Position numbers and translations under genes: made by a program
NCBI GenBank assembly: GCA_949289995.1
Contig: CASEQE010000051.1
Location: forward strand, 1-63,657
Direction: 5' to 3'
DNA: 63,657 bases
Source: an uncultured Peptococcaceae bacterium
GTDB lineage: Bacteria; Bacillota; Dehalobacteriia; UBA4068
Shown here: positions 53,176 through 62,010 of the stretch, piece after piece
How positions within the stretch are numbered: position 1 is the stretch's first letter
Layout of the letters: every line of letters begins with the position of its first letter
The notes under the pieces: generated by a model
Database searches by the model: none
Told to the model about the DNA's origin: nothing
What the model saw: only the letters and a program-made list of their open reading frames with translations

Positions 53176-53679
53176 TTAGGCCAAACCTTCCGGAACTTCT
53201 ACTTCCATAACGCCTTTTTCCAGGTCAATTGATTTTACCACGCTTTTCAAGGCCGGCAACAACAATTGCCCGCCTTCCGGTCGTTTTACCACATAGATAT
53301 CATTGGCGGTATTGGCAATAATATCGCTAATTTTTCCCCAAAGATATCCCTGTTGACATACTTGCAAACCGATAATTTGAAAATGATAGTATACATCCGG
53401 CGGCAAATCCTCCACTTGATCCGGTTGAATCAACAACTGGCATCCGCGCAATTTTTCCGCCTGATTGCGATCCTTAACCTGGTAGAAAGCAATAAGCAGC
53501 CTTCCCTTATGGCTTTGCTGCCGTTCCACAGTTAACATTTGCCCCTGATCGGTATATAAGTGCGCCCCTGGAGCAAAACGATTGGGATTATCGCTTAAAC
53601 ATTCCACGCTTACCAATCCGTTTATTCCATGGGGCGCGATAATTACCCCCACCAGTATAGTGGCATTTTGTTCTTTCAT
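53176..53679 (-). CDS. rimM: Ribosome maturation factor RimM
   Basis: ILVGVIIAPHGINGLV N-terminus, PRC barrel C-terminus, position between the KH gene and trmD. Confidence 0.9.
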   Translation of the reverse strand: MKEQNATILVGVIIAPHGINGLVSVECLSDNPNRFAPGAHLYTDQGQMLTVERQQSHKGRLLIAFYQVKDRNQAEKLRGCQLLIQPDQVEDLPPDVYYHFQIIGLQVCQQGYLWGKISDIIANTANDIYVVKRPEGGQLLLPALKSVVKSIDLEKGVMEVEVPEGLA

Positions 53680-53903
53680 TCTATCTCCAAATTTACTTTG
53701 CGGCCTTCCCGGGCGCCGGCGGCTTTCAACACGATGCGAATTGCTTTGGCAATACGCCCCTGCTTACCAATAACTTTTCCCATATCTTCAGGAGCCACTT
53801 TCAGTAATAAAGAAACACCGTCTTCGTTCTCCGTTTCAGTAACCGTTGCCGCCGCCGGGTCATTTACCAGGGAGCGGGCAATATGCTCTACCAATTCTTT
53901 CAT
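53676..53903 (-). CDS. KH-domain RNA-binding protein (YlqC-like)
   Basis: 75 aa with VAPEDMGKVIGKQGRIAKAIR. Confidence 0.9.
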   Translation of the reverse strand: MKELVEHIARSLVNDPAAATVTETENEDGVSLLLKVAPEDMGKVIGKQGRIAKAIRIVLKAAGAREGRKVNLEIE

Positions 53904-53936
53904 ACTTTCACCTCCGGTAGACGCCAGGCCGGCGTA

Positions 53937-54179
53937 TTACTTAACGCCGGCTTTTTTCAACAGGGAATTTACGGTGTCGGAACATTCCGCGCCGCTAGCC
54001 AACCATTTTTTGGCTTTTTCTTCGTTTACATGCAATACGGTAGGTTCTTTGGTGGGATCATAATAGCCGATTTCTTCAATAAAACGGCCGTCTCTGGGAT
54101 AACGGGAATCGGCAACCACCAAACGATAAAAAGGCGCTTTTTTTCCACCCATTCTTTTCAATCTGATTTTCGTAGTCAT
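53937..54179 (-). CDS. rpsP: 30S ribosomal protein S16
   Basis: [26 protein letters not shown]; AAGGAGG before the ATG. Confidence 0.95.
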   Translation of the reverse strand: MTTKIRLKRMGGKKAPFYRLVVADSRYPRDGRFIEEIGYYDPTKEPTVLHVNEEKAKKWLASGAECSDTVNSLLKKAGVK

Positions 54180-54266
54180 GTTGTTCCTCCTTAAATAATA
54201 TCAAGAATTTGTTGTATTTTATTTTAAATGTTTCATAACATTAAAATAAGCTTGTTAAGAATTACA

Positions 54267-55616
54267 CTACATGGGAAACGGAAATCCACCTCCCATAAAA
54301 CCTTTTTTACTTTTTTTCTTTCCGCTGGGCTGTTGTGCGGCAAAACGTTTCATCAATTTTTGCATTTGATCAAACTGATTCAACAAACGATTGACATCCT
54401 GTACTTGCCGTCCGCTCCCAGCAGCAATTCTTTTTTTGCGTGAAGCATTGATGATGGAAGGATTATTTCTTTCTCCCGGAGTCATAGAGTGGATAATAGC
54501 TTCCACCGCCACAAGCTGTTTTTCATCAAGCTGCACATTTTTTAATTGTTTTCCCATACCAGGTATCATGGACAACATTTCTTTCATATCGCCCATCTTG
54601 CGAAGTTCCTGCATTTGTTCCAAAAAATCTTCCAGTGTAAAACGGCTTTCTCGGAGCTTTTTCTCCATATCTGCCATTTTTTGCGCGTCTAAATTGGTTT
54701 CCACCTTTTCAATCAGGGAAAGAACATCCCCCATACCCAAAATACGCGAAGCCATACGCTCCGGATAAAAAGGTTCCAATGCAGTAAGGCCTTCACCGAT
54801 GCCGGTAAATTTAATCGGCACGCCGGTAACTTCTTTCACCGATAAAGCAGCGCCGCCTCTAGTGTCACCATCTAATTTCGTCAGTACCGTACCGGTAACT
54901 GTCAGGCGTTCATGGAAAGTTTTGGCAACATTCACAGCCTCCTGACCCAGCATAGCATCAATCACCAAAAGAATTTCCGCCGGATTAACAGCCTGCCGGA
55001 TGTCAGCCAATTCTTGCATCAATTCATCATTAATTTGCAGGCGTCCTGCAGTATCAATAATGATATAATCGTTTCCATGACGACTGCCGTGGGATACAGC
55101 CTGCTTAGCTATTTCCACCGGATGTTCGCCGGCGCCTAAAGTAAACACGGGCACACCAATTTTTTCACCTAACACCACCAATTGATCAATGGCGGCAGGC
55201 CGGTATACATCTGCCGCAACCAACAAAGGCCTTTTGCCCTGATTTTTTAAATAGCCCGCTAATTTACCGCTGGTGGTGGTTTTACCACTGCCTTGCAAGC
55301 CAACCATTAAAATCGTCGTCGGCGGCTTAGGAGAAACGTTCAACTTAGCCTGACCGCCACCCATCAATTGAATCAACTGTTCGTTGACGATTTTTACGAC
55401 TTGTTGCCCAGGCGTCAGGCTTTGCAAAACTTCTGAACCAACTGCTCGATCCTTAATTTTGGCGCAAAAATCTTTGGCAACCTTATAGTTCACGTCTGCT
55501 TCCAACAAAGCCACACGGATTTCTCGCAAAGCCGCAGTAACGTCCGCCTCGCTTAATTTGCCTTTATTTTTCAGTTTGCTAAAAATATCCTGTAAACGTT
55601 CGCTTAAATTAGCCAT
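54267..55616 (-). CDS. ffh: Signal recognition particle protein
   Basis: GLQGSGKTTT, DTAGRL, Met-rich M-domain. Confidence 0.95.
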   Translation of the reverse strand: MANLSERLQDIFSKLKNKGKLSEADVTAALREIRVALLEADVNYKVAKDFCAKIKDRAVGSEVLQSLTPGQQVVKIVNEQLIQLMGGGQAKLNVSPKPPTTILMVGLQGSGKTTTSGKLAGYLKNQGKRPLLVAADVYRPAAIDQLVVLGEKIGVPVFTLGAGEHPVEIAKQAVSHGSRHGNDYIIIDTAGRLQINDELMQELADIRQAVNPAEILLVIDAMLGQEAVNVAKTFHERLTVTGTVLTKLDGDTRGGAALSVKEVTGVPIKFTGIGEGLTALEPFYPERMASRILGMGDVLSLIEKVETNLDAQKMADMEKKLRESRFTLEDFLEQMQELRKMGDMKEMLSMIPGMGKQLKNVQLDEKQLVAVEAIIHSMTPGERNNPSIINASRKKRIAAGSGRQVQDVNRLLNQFDQMQKLMKRFAAQQPSGKKKSKKGFMGGGFPFPM

Positions 55617-55647
55617 TGTCGTTCTCCGTTCCCAGCCTTCCCAGAAG

Positions 55648-56007
55648 CTAAATTTCTTCCTCCAAAGAATCCAGCAGCGGAATCAGCAGCCGCACTTTTT
55701 TTTCATCGAATCGTTCCTGGACAAGCGTGCGAATTTGCGCCAATAAAACCGTTTGCCGTTGCCGGCGGGCAGCAAGACCTAGAACCCGCTCATATTCTAG
55801 CAGGAGCTCCTCGCCTCTTTGTATCGATTCGTGAACCGATTGCCGGCTGCCGCCGCTTTCTTCGGCAATTTCGCTTAAGGATAAGTCCTCCTCGTAAAAT
55901 AAGCGTAGCGCCGTCGCCTGCTTCTCCGTAAGCAGTCCGGCATAACAATCGTACAATTGAGCAGTGGCAGCTATTTTTTCTAATTTTCCATCGGTTCTTT
56001 TCGCCAA
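55648..56007 (-). CDS. ylxM: YlxM-like (UPF0122) putative helix-turn-helix protein
   Basis: TTG start 6 nt after GGAGGGAG. LYDCYAGLLTEKQATALRLFYEEDLSLSEIAEESGGSRQSV. Confidence 0.85.
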   Translation of the reverse strand: MAKRTDGKLEKIAATAQLYDCYAGLLTEKQATALRLFYEEDLSLSEIAEESGGSRQSVHESIQRGEELLLEYERVLGLAARRQRQTVLLAQIRTLVQERFDEKKVRLLIPLLDSLEEEI

Positions 56008-56058
56008 AGGGCTCCCTCCGCTCTACAACATCTGTAAAGGTATTTTACTTGACAGTTA

Positions 56059-56088
56059 ATTATAAAGAACTTTTCCCGCCTTTGTCAA
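56059..56088 (-). promoter_or_regulatory. Sigma-A promoter TTGACA-N18-TATAAT upstream of ylxM-ffh
   Basis: Minus-strand TTGACA is plus 56083-56088. TATAAT is plus 56059-56064. Confidence 0.65.
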
Positions 56089-56120
56089 GAAAAATTTTTA
56101 TTTACAAGATGTTTCTTCAT

Positions 56121-56261
56121 TCATTTTTTTTTGGCGTCTTTCTTGCCGTTTTGCTGCTGTTCATCTTCGTCATCCCGATATTTGCTTTTACGTTTTTCAA
56201 AAAACAGCGTACTAAAAATCACCAAAGCGATAGCGATTAATGCCTGCTCTAAATTATCCAC
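56121..56261 (-). CDS. Candidate 46-aa single-TM small protein (not in ORF track)
   Basis: Hand translation from a GTG preceded by GGGGAG: VDNLEQALIAIALVIFSTLFFEKRKSKYRDDEDEQQQNGKKDAKKK. Same strand as ftsY and ylxM. Track ORF 56049..56240(+) is the mirror frame and has no SD. Confidence 0.35.
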   Translation of the reverse strand: MDNLEQALIAIALVIFSTLFFEKRKSKYRDDEDEQQQNGKKDAKKK

Positions 56262-56314
56262 TTGTCAACTCCCCGCTTCCTTTATACTTATTTTCTCACA
56301 TGGCAATAGGGAGG

Positions 56315-57229
56315 CTATTCCTCGGCAAACAGCGCAGCGGCGAAATCGGCGGGGATAAACGGCCGCAAATCTTCGATACCTTCTCCCACGCCAATCATTT
56401 GCACAGGCACGCCGCTATTATCTACAACGCCAATCACGGCGCCGCCTTTGGCCGTACCATCTAATTTGGTAAGAATCAAACCGGTTAGGGGCAAGGCCTC
56501 GCCAAATTGACGTGCCTGAGAAATCATATTACTCCCCGTATTGCCATCCAAAACCAAAATATTTTGGCAAACGGCATCCGGAGCTTCTCGTTGAATTACA
56601 CGACCAATTTTAGCCAATTCCGCCATTAAATTGCTTTTATTTTGTAACCGGCCTGCCGTATCGATCAACAAAACCTGAGCTTTTCTTGATTTAGCCGCCG
56701 CTATAGCGTCAAAAACGACGGCGCCAGGATCGGCGCCTTCTCCTTGGCGCACCAAATCAGCGGCGCTGCGCTGCGCCCAAGCCGCCAACTGCTCGGCGGC
56801 GGCGGCGCGAAACGTATCCGCTGCCGCCAAAATCACTTTGCGACCTTGCTGCGTAAAAGCTGCCGCCAACTTACCGGCAGTGGTGGTTTTGCCCGCGCCA
56901 TTAACGCCGATCAAAACCAAAATATTAAGTTTCTCCTCATCCAAAACGATGCCGCCTTCCCCTTTGGCGGCCAATACCTGCGCGATTTCCTCCTGAAGCG
57001 CTTGCCACAATTGTTCCCGTTCCTTTATTTTATCCGTTTTTGCTCGTTGGCGAAGCTTTTCGCACAGCGACAAAGAAGTTTCCACGCCGATATCCGCCAG
57101 AATCAAAGCTTCTTCCAATTCCTCATAGAATTCCTCATCCACTTTTCCGTGAAAAATCGCTGCCAAAGAATTTTTAAATCCATTTCTTGTCTTGGATAAA
57201 CCAGCGGTTAACTTGCTAAAAAAAGACAT
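56315..57229 (-). CDS. ftsY: Signal recognition particle-docking protein FtsY
   Basis: GVNGAGKTTT, DTAGRL, GGAGG before the ATG. Confidence 0.95.
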   Translation of the reverse strand: MSFFSKLTAGLSKTRNGFKNSLAAIFHGKVDEEFYEELEEALILADIGVETSLSLCEKLRQRAKTDKIKEREQLWQALQEEIAQVLAAKGEGGIVLDEEKLNILVLIGVNGAGKTTTAGKLAAAFTQQGRKVILAAADTFRAAAAEQLAAWAQRSAADLVRQGEGADPGAVVFDAIAAAKSRKAQVLLIDTAGRLQNKSNLMAELAKIGRVIQREAPDAVCQNILVLDGNTGSNMISQARQFGEALPLTGLILTKLDGTAKGGAVIGVVDNSGVPVQMIGVGEGIEDLRPFIPADFAAALFAEE

Positions 57230-57242
57230 AATGCTCCTCCTG

Positions 57243-60200
57243 TCAATCGTTTTGATTTAATTTAACGCTAACGATTTTGGAAACGCCTTCTTCTTCCATC
57301 GTAACGCCCCACAGAGCAGATGCCGCCTCCATGGTGCTTTGCCGATGCGTAATCATCACAAACTGGCTTTTTCCCGCTTGTTCCTGCAAATAGGCGGTGA
57401 ATCTCTGAATATTGGCTTCGTCCAAAGCTGCATCCACTTCGTCCATCATACAAAAAGGCGTAGGGCGCACCGCCAACATAGCAAATAGCAGCGCAATACC
57501 GATCATGGATTTCTCACCGCCGGAAAGCAAATTATAATTGGCAATTTTTTTCCCTGGAGGATGCACTAATATTTCCACGCCGGTTTCTAAAATCCGCTCC
57601 GGTTCGCACAATACCAGGGAAGCCTCGCCGCCTCCAAACAAACGACGGAAACTATTGTTGAATTCTTCGCTTAATTGGGCAAAGGCCTTGCGGAAACGGC
57701 TACTCATAATTGCGTCCATTTCCTGAATCACCTTTTTCAATTGCTGATCGGCCTGTACCAAATCATCCCGTTGGCCGCTAAGAAAATCATACCGTTCTTC
57801 CACTTCACGACATTCTTCAATGGCATCTAAGTTAACGTTGCCTATAGCGGCTATATTCTGACGCAATGCGGTTAATCGCCGGTTTAACGTTTCGCGAGAA
57901 TCGTCCACACAAGGGCGAGTAGCGGCCTGCGCAAAGCTAAGCTGGAATTTCTCCTTAAGCTTTTCTTCCTCATTACGCCAATCTGCTTCCAAGCGGGCTT
58001 TTTTTAGCTCCAGTTGATGCAGTTGCTGCCGGTTTTGTTCGATTTGTTTCTGCCAATGTTTTTCTTCCTGCTCCAATCGATTCAGTTCGCCGGTTTGCGC
58101 CGCCAAACCGTGTTGTTTTTCTTCCATAAAGTTTTTTGCCAACTGCAACTCACGAGATAATACGCTGATATTTTGTTCTTCCGTAACGATCGCGGTTTCA
58201 TACTCCTTTAGTTGTTTTTCTACATCCGCTAAATCTGCCGCTTTTTCCTCTTGTTCCCAGGATATATCTTCCTGTTCCTGTTGATTTTTTTTCAATGATT
58301 CTGCTAAAGTTTGCAATTTTTGTTTTATCGCTGCCAAATCTTCTTTTTTTTGTACTATTCCGGCACGATTTTGATCTAAAGTAATTGTTTTTACCTTATA
58401 GGCTTCCTCCAAAGCGGCAATCTCTTTGGCTAATACTTGTTCTTCCTGTTCTTTCAGGGCATAAGTTTGAAACGTTTCTGCAATGGCTTCCTCTGCTTCG
58501 GCAATTTCATCCAACATTTGCTGGCGTTCCTCGTCTACGCTTGCATACAAACGCCGTTCTGCCAGTATTTCATCGGATAAACGTTGCATTTCGCTTTGTA
58601 GGCGTTGCCGGTTCTGTTCCGTTTGGCGCATATCCTCGTTCAATGTATCAATGGCACAAGAAATTATATCCATATTTTCTTGCGCTTGCGCCAATTGTTC
58701 TCGCATATCCGCCAAAGCAGTTTCCGCTTGTGCAGCTTGCCGCTCCGCTTCCGCCAGTTTATTCTTTTGCCCCAACATCTCGCCGCTTTTTTGTTTACGC
58801 GAACCGCCGGACATGCTGCCGCCGGGACTCACCATATCTCCATCCAGCGTCACCATAGCCGCACGATAACGTAAAGCGGCCGCCGCCTGCAAAGCGGCGT
58901 CCATATTTTCTACGATGAGCATACGGTTTAACAAATAATCTTTGACCGGCGCATATTCCGGCGCACATTCTACCAAGTCGGCTGCACAACCTAATACGCC
59001 GGGAATAGTCAGCGCCGCTTGGTAGTCCACGGAACGCCGGATCTGTAAATGATCCAAAGGCAAAAAGGTGGCCCGCCCAGCCCGATTTTGCTTTAACCAT
59101 GTAATACCTGCTTTCGCCGCTTGCGCCGTGCGACATACGATATTTTGCAAAGAACCCGCTAAATATGTTTCCACGGCGACTTGATATGCGGTAGGCACAT
59201 CCAAAATGTTGGCGGCCGCATCAATAATACCTTGCGGTGCCTGTCCCCGGCGATTGGCGCGCAGTAATTCCCGTACGCCAGGATAAAAGCCTTCATAAGA
59301 TTGGGCCATTTCCCGTAGCATGGCCGTCTTGGCGTTTAAACTAGCCGCCTGGTATTTATACTCAGCCTCCTGCTCCGCCAATTGACGGTGGGCAGCGGCG
59401 TTTTGCCGAAGTTTATTTTGTTTTTCGACCAATTTTTGGTTTATTTCCTGGCTTTTTTGGTCAATTCTTTGTATTTCGGTTTCAATTTGCTCAATACGGG
59501 ATTGTTTTTGTGCTGCTGCGTTAGAATAGTCCTGGTTCTGCCGTTCCAATTTATCCAAACGGGCTTGCGCCTTACTTTTCAATTGTTCCTGAAAATTACG
59601 ATCGTTACGCAAACCGCTAAGCAAACTTGCTAAAGCATAAGCCCTTGCCTTTGTTTCTTCCAACTTTTCCGCTAACGCCTCCGCCGCCTGACGGTTTTCT
59701 TTTTCACCGCCGGCGCCGCTAAGAATCGCTTCTTCCAAACCCGCCGCTTGCTCCTGTGCCGCCGCCAAATCAGCCGCCAGCTCCAGCCCCTGAAGGCGCA
59801 AAGCATCGGCTTCATTCTGCAAACGGTTCAATTCATCGTTTAAACGGCTATGTTGGACAACAGCGTTTTCCCTACGGCTGCGCGTCACATTCAGTTCCCC
59901 AGCGCACTGCTCTCGACGGGTTTGTAAATCATAATACTTTTGGGAGGTTTCTTGCACTAAATCATCTAAACCCGCCAAATCCAGACGCAATGCCTCCACA
60001 TCCGCCGCCCGACGCGCTTGTTCGGCGGCGCATGTTGCCAAGCGGTCATCCGTTTCGCTTATTTCCGTCATAAATTGATCCATCTGCACTTTATAAGCGC
60101 CAAGGATTTTAACGGATAAAGCGATTTCCGTGTCATCCGCTTCTTTTTTCAAACGCAAATATTCCTCAGCCTTGGCCGATTGTAAACGCAATGGATCCAA

Positions 60201-60803
60201 ACGGCTAGATAACTCACCAATAATATCGCCGATTCGCTCCAAATGCCTTTCTGTTTCCGTTAATTTGCGAGCCGCCTCTTTTTTCCGATTGCGGTATTTA
60301 ACAATGCCAGCCGCCTCTTCAACCAATGCCCGCCGCTCCTCTGGGCGTACCGTAATGAGTTCGTTGATCCGTCCTTGATTGATTAACGATAAACCGTCGG
60401 CGCCTATACCGGTATCTACAAACAAATCTAAAATATCTTTCAAGCGGCAACTGCGATTGTTAATCGCGTATTCGCTAACTCCGCCGCGGAAATTGCGGCG
60501 TGTCACTTCCACTTCCGCAAAATCAATTGGTAAAGTATGGTCGCTATTATCTAAAATTAGCCGTACTTCAGCCATACCCAAAGGCCGGCGATTTTTGCTA
60601 CCGGAAAAAATAACGTCTTCCAGTTTACCACCGCGCAACATTTTCGTACTTTGCTCCCCCAAAACCCAACGCAAAGCATCCGCCACATTGCTTTTTCCGC
60701 TACCATTCGGTCCAACGATACAGGATATCCCCGGCTCAAACATAATCTTGGTTTTTGTTGGAAACGATTTGAAGCCCAATAATTCCATCCGTTTTAAATA
60801 CAT
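57243..60803 (-). CDS. smc: Chromosome segregation protein SMC
   Basis: 1186 aa. GPNGSGKSN Walker A, long coiled coils, hinge, LSGGEKS signature, C-terminal Walker B. Confidence 0.95.
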   Translation of the reverse strand: MYLKRMELLGFKSFPTKTKIMFEPGISCIVGPNGSGKSNVADALRWVLGEQSTKMLRGGKLEDVIFSGSKNRRPLGMAEVRLILDNSDHTLPIDFAEVEVTRRNFRGGVSEYAINNRSCRLKDILDLFVDTGIGADGLSLINQGRINELITVRPEERRALVEEAAGIVKYRNRKKEAARKLTETERHLERIGDIIGELSSRLDPLRLQSAKAEEYLRLKKEADDTEIALSVKILGAYKVQMDQFMTEISETDDRLATCAAEQARRAADVEALRLDLAGLDDLVQETSQKYYDLQTRREQCAGELNVTRSRRENAVVQHSRLNDELNRLQNEADALRLQGLELAADLAAAQEQAAGLEEAILSGAGGEKENRQAAEALAEKLEETKARAYALASLLSGLRNDRNFQEQLKSKAQARLDKLERQNQDYSNAAAQKQSRIEQIETEIQRIDQKSQEINQKLVEKQNKLRQNAAAHRQLAEQEAEYKYQAASLNAKTAMLREMAQSYEGFYPGVRELLRANRRGQAPQGIIDAAANILDVPTAYQVAVETYLAGSLQNIVCRTAQAAKAGITWLKQNRAGRATFLPLDHLQIRRSVDYQAALTIPGVLGCAADLVECAPEYAPVKDYLLNRMLIVENMDAALQAAAALRYRAAMVTLDGDMVSPGGSMSGGSRKQKSGEMLGQKNKLAEAERQAAQAETALADMREQLAQAQENMDIISCAIDTLNEDMRQTEQNRQRLQSEMQRLSDEILAERRLYASVDEERQQMLDEIAEAEEAIAETFQTYALKEQEEQVLAKEIAALEEAYKVKTITLDQNRAGIVQKKEDLAAIKQKLQTLAESLKKNQQEQEDISWEQEEKAADLADVEKQLKEYETAIVTEEQNISVLSRELQLAKNFMEEKQHGLAAQTGELNRLEQEEKHWQKQIEQNRQQLHQLELKKARLEADWRNEEEKLKEKFQLSFAQAATRPCVDDSRETLNRRLTALRQNIAAIGNVNLDAIEECREVEERYDFLSGQRDDLVQADQQLKKVIQEMDAIMSSRFRKAFAQLSEEFNNSFRRLFGGGEASLVLCEPERILETGVEILVHPPGKKIANYNLLSGGEKSMIGIALLFAMLAVRPTPFCMMDEVDAALDEANIQRFTAYLQEQAGKSQFVMITHRQSTMEAASALWGVTMEEEGVSKIVSVKLNQND

Positions 60804-60839
60804 CCAAGCCTCCGCATTCGTGATCGGCTCATGCCCATG

Positions 60840-61919
60840 TTACATATCCGCCCCCCGGCGACGGCCAATCATCAAATCGGCCGTATAAGTTTCTAAAAAA
60901 CGCCGGTAAACGGAAACAACCGCACCACCCGCCCAACGCAAAACCAAAGTTCCTCGATCCGCTTTCGTTTCAGCAAAACTTAGGCCAGGGTACGCTTGTT
61001 GCAATGCCAGCAAACCCTGTTTTTTTTGTCCGGCTAACAACGGCAAATCCTCCCGTGGGTATTGCAAAAGTGCCGGCATGGTATAAGCTGCTGACTGTAA
61101 CAAAGCTTGAGCCTGAGCGAATTTTAGCTTACTTTTCACAATCTGGCCAAAAGCAGGATGGTATGGTCCCGCCAAAAGCGCCTTTTCCGTTTCTCGGCTG
61201 GGATTCAGACCGATACGGATCACTCTTAAATCCGCCGCTTGAAACAAAGCCAGCATGTCCCCTGCCAATTCCGCCGCCTCATCCAGGGTTTGCGGCTGAT
61301 AGAGGCCGCGACGCCACGCCTCTGCCAACGGCGTTCCCGCCAATACCACCGTAGGATAGATGCGAATGCAATCTGGGGCTAAATCCCGCGTCATTGCCGC
61401 CGTCGATAAACACTTGCTGCGGTTATCTCCCGGCAAACCGGTCATCAGCTGTATTCCAAGCGCAAAACCGTGTTCACGGATCAACCTGCAGGCGGCTACA
61501 GCTTGTTCCGGCTCATAGCCGCGATCCGCCAGACGCAATACGCTGGCATCAAAGCTTTGAATGCCCAATTCTATAGTGGTTACGCCTTTGGCGGCTAAAA
61601 AATTCAGCTCGGCCTCGTCAATGCCGTCCGGTCGGGTGGAAATACGCACTCCTTGCCAGCGTCCGGCCGCCAAAGCTGGAGCGACGGCATCCAAATAGTC
61701 GGCCTGCCGCTCCTGAGGCAAGCAAGAAAAGCTCCCGCCATAGAAAGCGATTTCTGAATCGTCGCCGCCCCAATGTTCCATAGCGGCGCGGCCAATTTGC
61801 CCCAAAGCAGGACTATGGTCATAGCCGCTAATAGATGATTGATCGCAATAAATACATCGATGGGGACAACCTTCCATCGGAATAAAAAAAGGTAAAATGG
61901 TATGAATAGAACGTTTCAT
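60840..61919 (-). CDS. Radical SAM protein (ELP3/HemN-like family commonly found between rnc and smc in clostridia)
   Basis: MEGCPHRCIYCDQ CxxxCxxC motif and GVTTIELGIQSF. I see no SD before the ATG. Confidence 0.8.
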   Translation of the reverse strand: MKRSIHTILPFFIPMEGCPHRCIYCDQSSISGYDHSPALGQIGRAAMEHWGGDDSEIAFYGGSFSCLPQERQADYLDAVAPALAAGRWQGVRISTRPDGIDEAELNFLAAKGVTTIELGIQSFDASVLRLADRGYEPEQAVAACRLIREHGFALGIQLMTGLPGDNRSKCLSTAAMTRDLAPDCIRIYPTVVLAGTPLAEAWRRGLYQPQTLDEAAELAGDMLALFQAADLRVIRIGLNPSRETEKALLAGPYHPAFGQIVKSKLKFAQAQALLQSAAYTMPALLQYPREDLPLLAGQKKQGLLALQQAYPGLSFAETKADRGTLVLRWAGGAVVSVYRRFLETYTADLMIGRRRGADM

Positions 61920-62010
61920 CGAATATTACCATAGAAAAATATCGCGTTTAGCATGACAACATCACCAGGATATGTTTTGCAAAACAGCCATTTTTGATCA
62001 AACTTTTGTG

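Noticed and set aside
56049-56240. 63-aa plus-strand hydrophobic ORF between ylxM and ftsY
   Set aside because: It opposes the operon and lacks an SD. Its start overlaps the minus-strand promoter, and it mirrors the better-supported minus-strand small ORF.
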